A model generated the notes under the pieces. It worked only from the letters and a program-made list of their open reading frames with translations. It was not told the DNA's origin and did no database searches. A DNA stretch of 64,000 bases, taken from assembly GCA_030603385.1 (NCBI GenBank), contig JAUVXW010000001.1, forward strand, positions 160,001-224,000. The letters are read 5' to 3'. The stretch is from Promethearchaeota archaeon (GTDB lineage Archaea; Asgardarchaeota; Lokiarchaeia; Sigyniarchaeales; SOKP01). Both the position numbers and the translations under genes were made by a program. Positions 59,886-64,000 of the stretch are shown one piece after another; within the stretch, counting starts at the first letter, position 1; every line of letters begins with the position of its first letter.

Positions 59886-62873
59886 ATGAGCTATACGTTC
59901 TCACGCACTAAAATGATAGAAAAAATCAAGTTTGGTTTGCTTAGTCCAGATGAAATTCGTAAGATGTCTGCTGCCCGAATTATTACGGCTGACACTTATG
60001 ATGAGGACGGACTCTGAATTTTATTTCGGAATTCAGACGTAATTCCCATCCCATCTGGCTTAATGGACCAACGGCTCGGAACGATTGAGCCTGGTCAAAG
60101 ATGTCAGACATGTGGTAATTTAGTTTCAAATTGTATGGGTCATTTTGGCCATATAGAATTAGCACGTCCCGTTATTCATGTAGGATACTCAAAGAAAGTT
60201 TTAAAAGTGTTACGCAGTATCTGTCCGGATTGCTCTCGTTTAATGCTAACTGAAGAGGAAAAAGAGGAATTCAGACAAGAGCAAATAAAACATAGAAAGA
60301 TTTTTTTCGAGGGGGATGAAGAAGCTTCGAAACTCGTATTTAAACGTGCCAGAAAAGCTAAAAATTGTCCTTATTGCGGTACTAAGAAGAAAAAAATTAT
60401 TATTGAGAAACCTACCACATTTTATGAAGAAGAAGAAGGAAAAGGTTCCCGCAGAATAACACCTATAGAGATTCTAGAACGTCTTAAGAAGATGAGTGAT
60501 GTTGATCTTAGAATCTTAGGTATTTCCCCTGAAAATGCTAGACTTGAGTGGGTAATTTTTACCGTGCTCCCTATCCCCCCTGTATGTGCAAGACCATCAA
60601 TTACTTTAGATAGTGGTATCCGTTCTGAAGATGATCTAACACATAAATTAGTAGATGTTATACGAATTAATCAAAGATTAAGAGAAAATATTGATGCAGG
60701 AGCACCTCATTTAATTGTAGAAGATCTTTGGGAATTATTACAATATCATATTACCACATATTTTGATAATCAAGTTTCTGGGATACCACCTGCAAGACAT
60801 CGTTCTGGAAGAGCCCTTAGAACCCTAACTCAAAGATTAAAAGGTAAAGAGGGTAGATTTAGAAGTAATTTAAGTGGCAAAAGAGTGGATTTTTCTGCGA
60901 GAAGTGTAATTTCGCCTAATCCATATATAAGTATAAATGAAGTAGGTGTACCTATAGAGATAGCGAAAATTTTAACTATCCCCACTAATGTTAATGATTG
61001 GAATATTGAAGAAATGAAACAAATGGTCCTAAATGGACCTGTTCATCATCCTGGAGCTAATTACATCATACGGAGTGATCGTAGAAGAATTGACCTACGT
61101 TATGTTAAAAATAGAAAAATTATTGCAGATATGTTAGCACCAGGATTCACTGTTGAGCGTCATTTGGATGATGGAGACTTAGTATTATTTAATCGTCAAC
61201 CATCGCTCCATAGAATGTCGATAATGGCACATGAAGTAAAAATCATGGAAGGGCGAACTTTTAGATTAAATTTAACTGTATGCCCTCCTTATAACGCTGA
61301 TTTCGATGGAGATGAAATGAATTTACATGTACCTCAAAGTGAAGAGGCTCGAACAGAAGCAGAATTGCTTCTTAAAGTACAAAACCACATATTGTCACCC
61401 CGTTTTGGAGGTCCAATTTTAGGAGGAATTCAAGATTTTATTTCAAGTGTTTTTCAATTTACGAGTAAAAACTCTCTATACAATAAAAAAGAGGCATTAA
61501 ACTTATTTTATATTGGAGGGATATTTGAAGATAAACCTGATTTTAGTTTAGAACAATTAACTCCTATAACAACTGATCCAGAACCTTTATATTCTGGTAA
61601 AGATATATTCAGTAGCTTATTTCCTGATGATTTAAACTTAAAAGTTAAATCAAAATTTTGTAAAAAATGTGACGTATGTGAAGAAGAAAACTGCGCTTAT
61701 GATGCTTATGTTGTAATTAAAAATGGAAGGCTAATAACTGGAACAATAGATGAAAATTCCTTCGGTGCTATGCAACCAAATAGTATCTTGGCGCGAATTA
61801 TTAAGGATCATGGAAATGCGCGTGGTAGACAGTTTTTAGATAGCGCTACTAAACTGTTGCTGGGCGTTATTCGGAAAAATGGTATGACAATGGGATTGGA
61901 TGAGGTTTATGTACATGGTCATGCATATGATGTAATTGAAAAAATATTAAAGGACGGAAATGAAGAGTCTAACAAACTAATAAAAGCCTTTCGTGAAAAT
62001 GATACTACTATTCTTAAAAGAGCACCTGGCCGTTCTATGAGAGAAACTTTGGAATTGAGAATACGCGGGGCATTGGCAGAGGCCCAAAAAGAAGCAATAG
62101 AATCAGCAGCTGATTTCATAGGAGATGAAGCACACTCAGTTATTATGACTAAATCTGGAGCAAGAGGAAATTTATTAAACTTAGGAATGATGTCTGCTGT
62201 TGTGGGACAACAAGCTATAAGAGGTGAAAGAATTAACAGAGGTTATGTAGGGAGTAGGAGAACATTACCTCATTTTAAAGTTGACGACCTTTCACCAAAA
62301 TCTAGAGGTTTTGTATCTTCATCTTATCGAAATGGGTTAAAACCTGTAGAATTCTTCTTTCATGCAATGGGTGGGAGAGAAGGACTCGTTGATACAGCAG
62401 TAAGAACATCTCAGAGTGGATATATGCAGAGAAGATTAGTAAATGCATTACAAGATATGGTTGTAGAAAATGACGGAACTGTTAGAAATTCTGACAAGAA
62501 CATAATTCAGTTTAAATTTGGCGACGATGGTATAGATGCAATGCATACTGATCATGGTTCAGCAGTAAATTTGGATGTGTTATTATTAAAAGCAAAAGCT
62601 CTTGATGTAGGAGAGATTCGTGAAGAAATTAAGCAAGAATCTATCTCTCGAAAAGCTACTTCTAAAGCAAAAAAAGCTATTGATGTGAAACCTAAGGAAA
62701 AGGCTCCTCCAAAAGAAAAGCCCAAAAAAGAAATAAAACCTAAAAAAAAAGAAAAGGTTCATGATGAAGATACATCGATAAAGCAATTTGAAGACGAAAC
62801 TGGAAAGAAGGCTATTTGGAGAGGGAAAGAAACAAAAGCTTATATAGATTGGAAGCAAGAAAAATTAGGATAA
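59886..62873 (+). CDS. rpoA1: DNA-directed RNA polymerase subunit A' (Rpo1N), interrupted by a 30-nt insertion
   Basis: ATG 59886 after GGAGG; [15 protein letters not shown] and DTYDEDG in frame with GLMDQRLG; CxxC Zn sites, [25 protein letters not shown]. Confidence 0.95.
60013..60042 (+). other. candidate bulge-helix-bulge mRNA intron (30 nt) in rpoA1
   Basis: In-frame TGA 60015-60017 within a hairpin; 3-nt bulges ACU and AAU flank an ACGG/ACGU helix; excision restores DGLPIP. Confidence 0.7.
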
Positions 62874-62925
62874 GATAGAAATCAGAACATTTTGTAGTGT
62901 AAAATAAAATTTGTAAGGTTTATAG

Positions 62926-64000
<1,075 letters not shown>

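Noticed and set aside
60015-60017. rpoA1 TGA as selenocysteine
   Set aside because: It does not align to a Cys or redox motif, lies inside a 10-codon insertion, and no SECIS-like element is visible between rpoA1 and rpoA2.
1652-62858. Short overlapping ORFs (e.g. 1652, 5185, 5306, 9238, 18171, 22911, 24798, 25299, 27647, 28360, 30920, 31242, 34726, 35478, 38476, 39386, 40414, 41293, 42387, 43291, 45195, 47652, 53665, 56282, 59983, 61919, 62586)
   Set aside because: They are antisense or alternate-frame shadows of well-supported genes and carry no motifs.
60063-62873. ORF-track start of rpoA1 at ATG 60063
   Set aside because: It omits the conserved N-terminus ([22 protein letters not shown]), which is in frame from ATG 59886 with an SD-like GGAGG.

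Overview
AT-rich archaeal chromosomal window, most consistent with Lokiarchaeia (Asgard archaea). Markers are split rpoA1/rpoA2, rpl35ae, rpl21e-rpoF-DUF655-rsmA, pus10, an archaeal histone, several Rab-like GTPases, Snf7/ESCRT-III, a steadiness-box-like protein, a roadblock protein, a Sec23/24-like protein and a Loki-CTERM-type tail. Most genes are metabolic or housekeeping (glycine cleavage, glycogen, GGR pair, DHQ synthase II). The strongest signal is in rpoA1, which really starts at 59886. It is interrupted by a 30-nt, UGA-containing hairpin that folds with its flanks into a bulge-helix-bulge-like structure. Canonical BHB cleavage would remove exactly 60013-60042 and restore DEDGLPIP in frame, making this a candidate mRNA intron in an essential Asgard gene. 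It lies next to a free-standing, nonsense-interrupted LAGLIDADG gene that shares a 22-aa motif with the RpoA1 C-terminal tail. The ORF track also misses a UxxC peroxiredoxin-like selenoprotein with a 3' SECIS-like element, the N-terminus of XPD (probable non-AUG start), a cold-shock gene with two TAGs, a small Cys-rich ORF and several gene remnants. No rRNA, tRNA or CRISPR array was seen.
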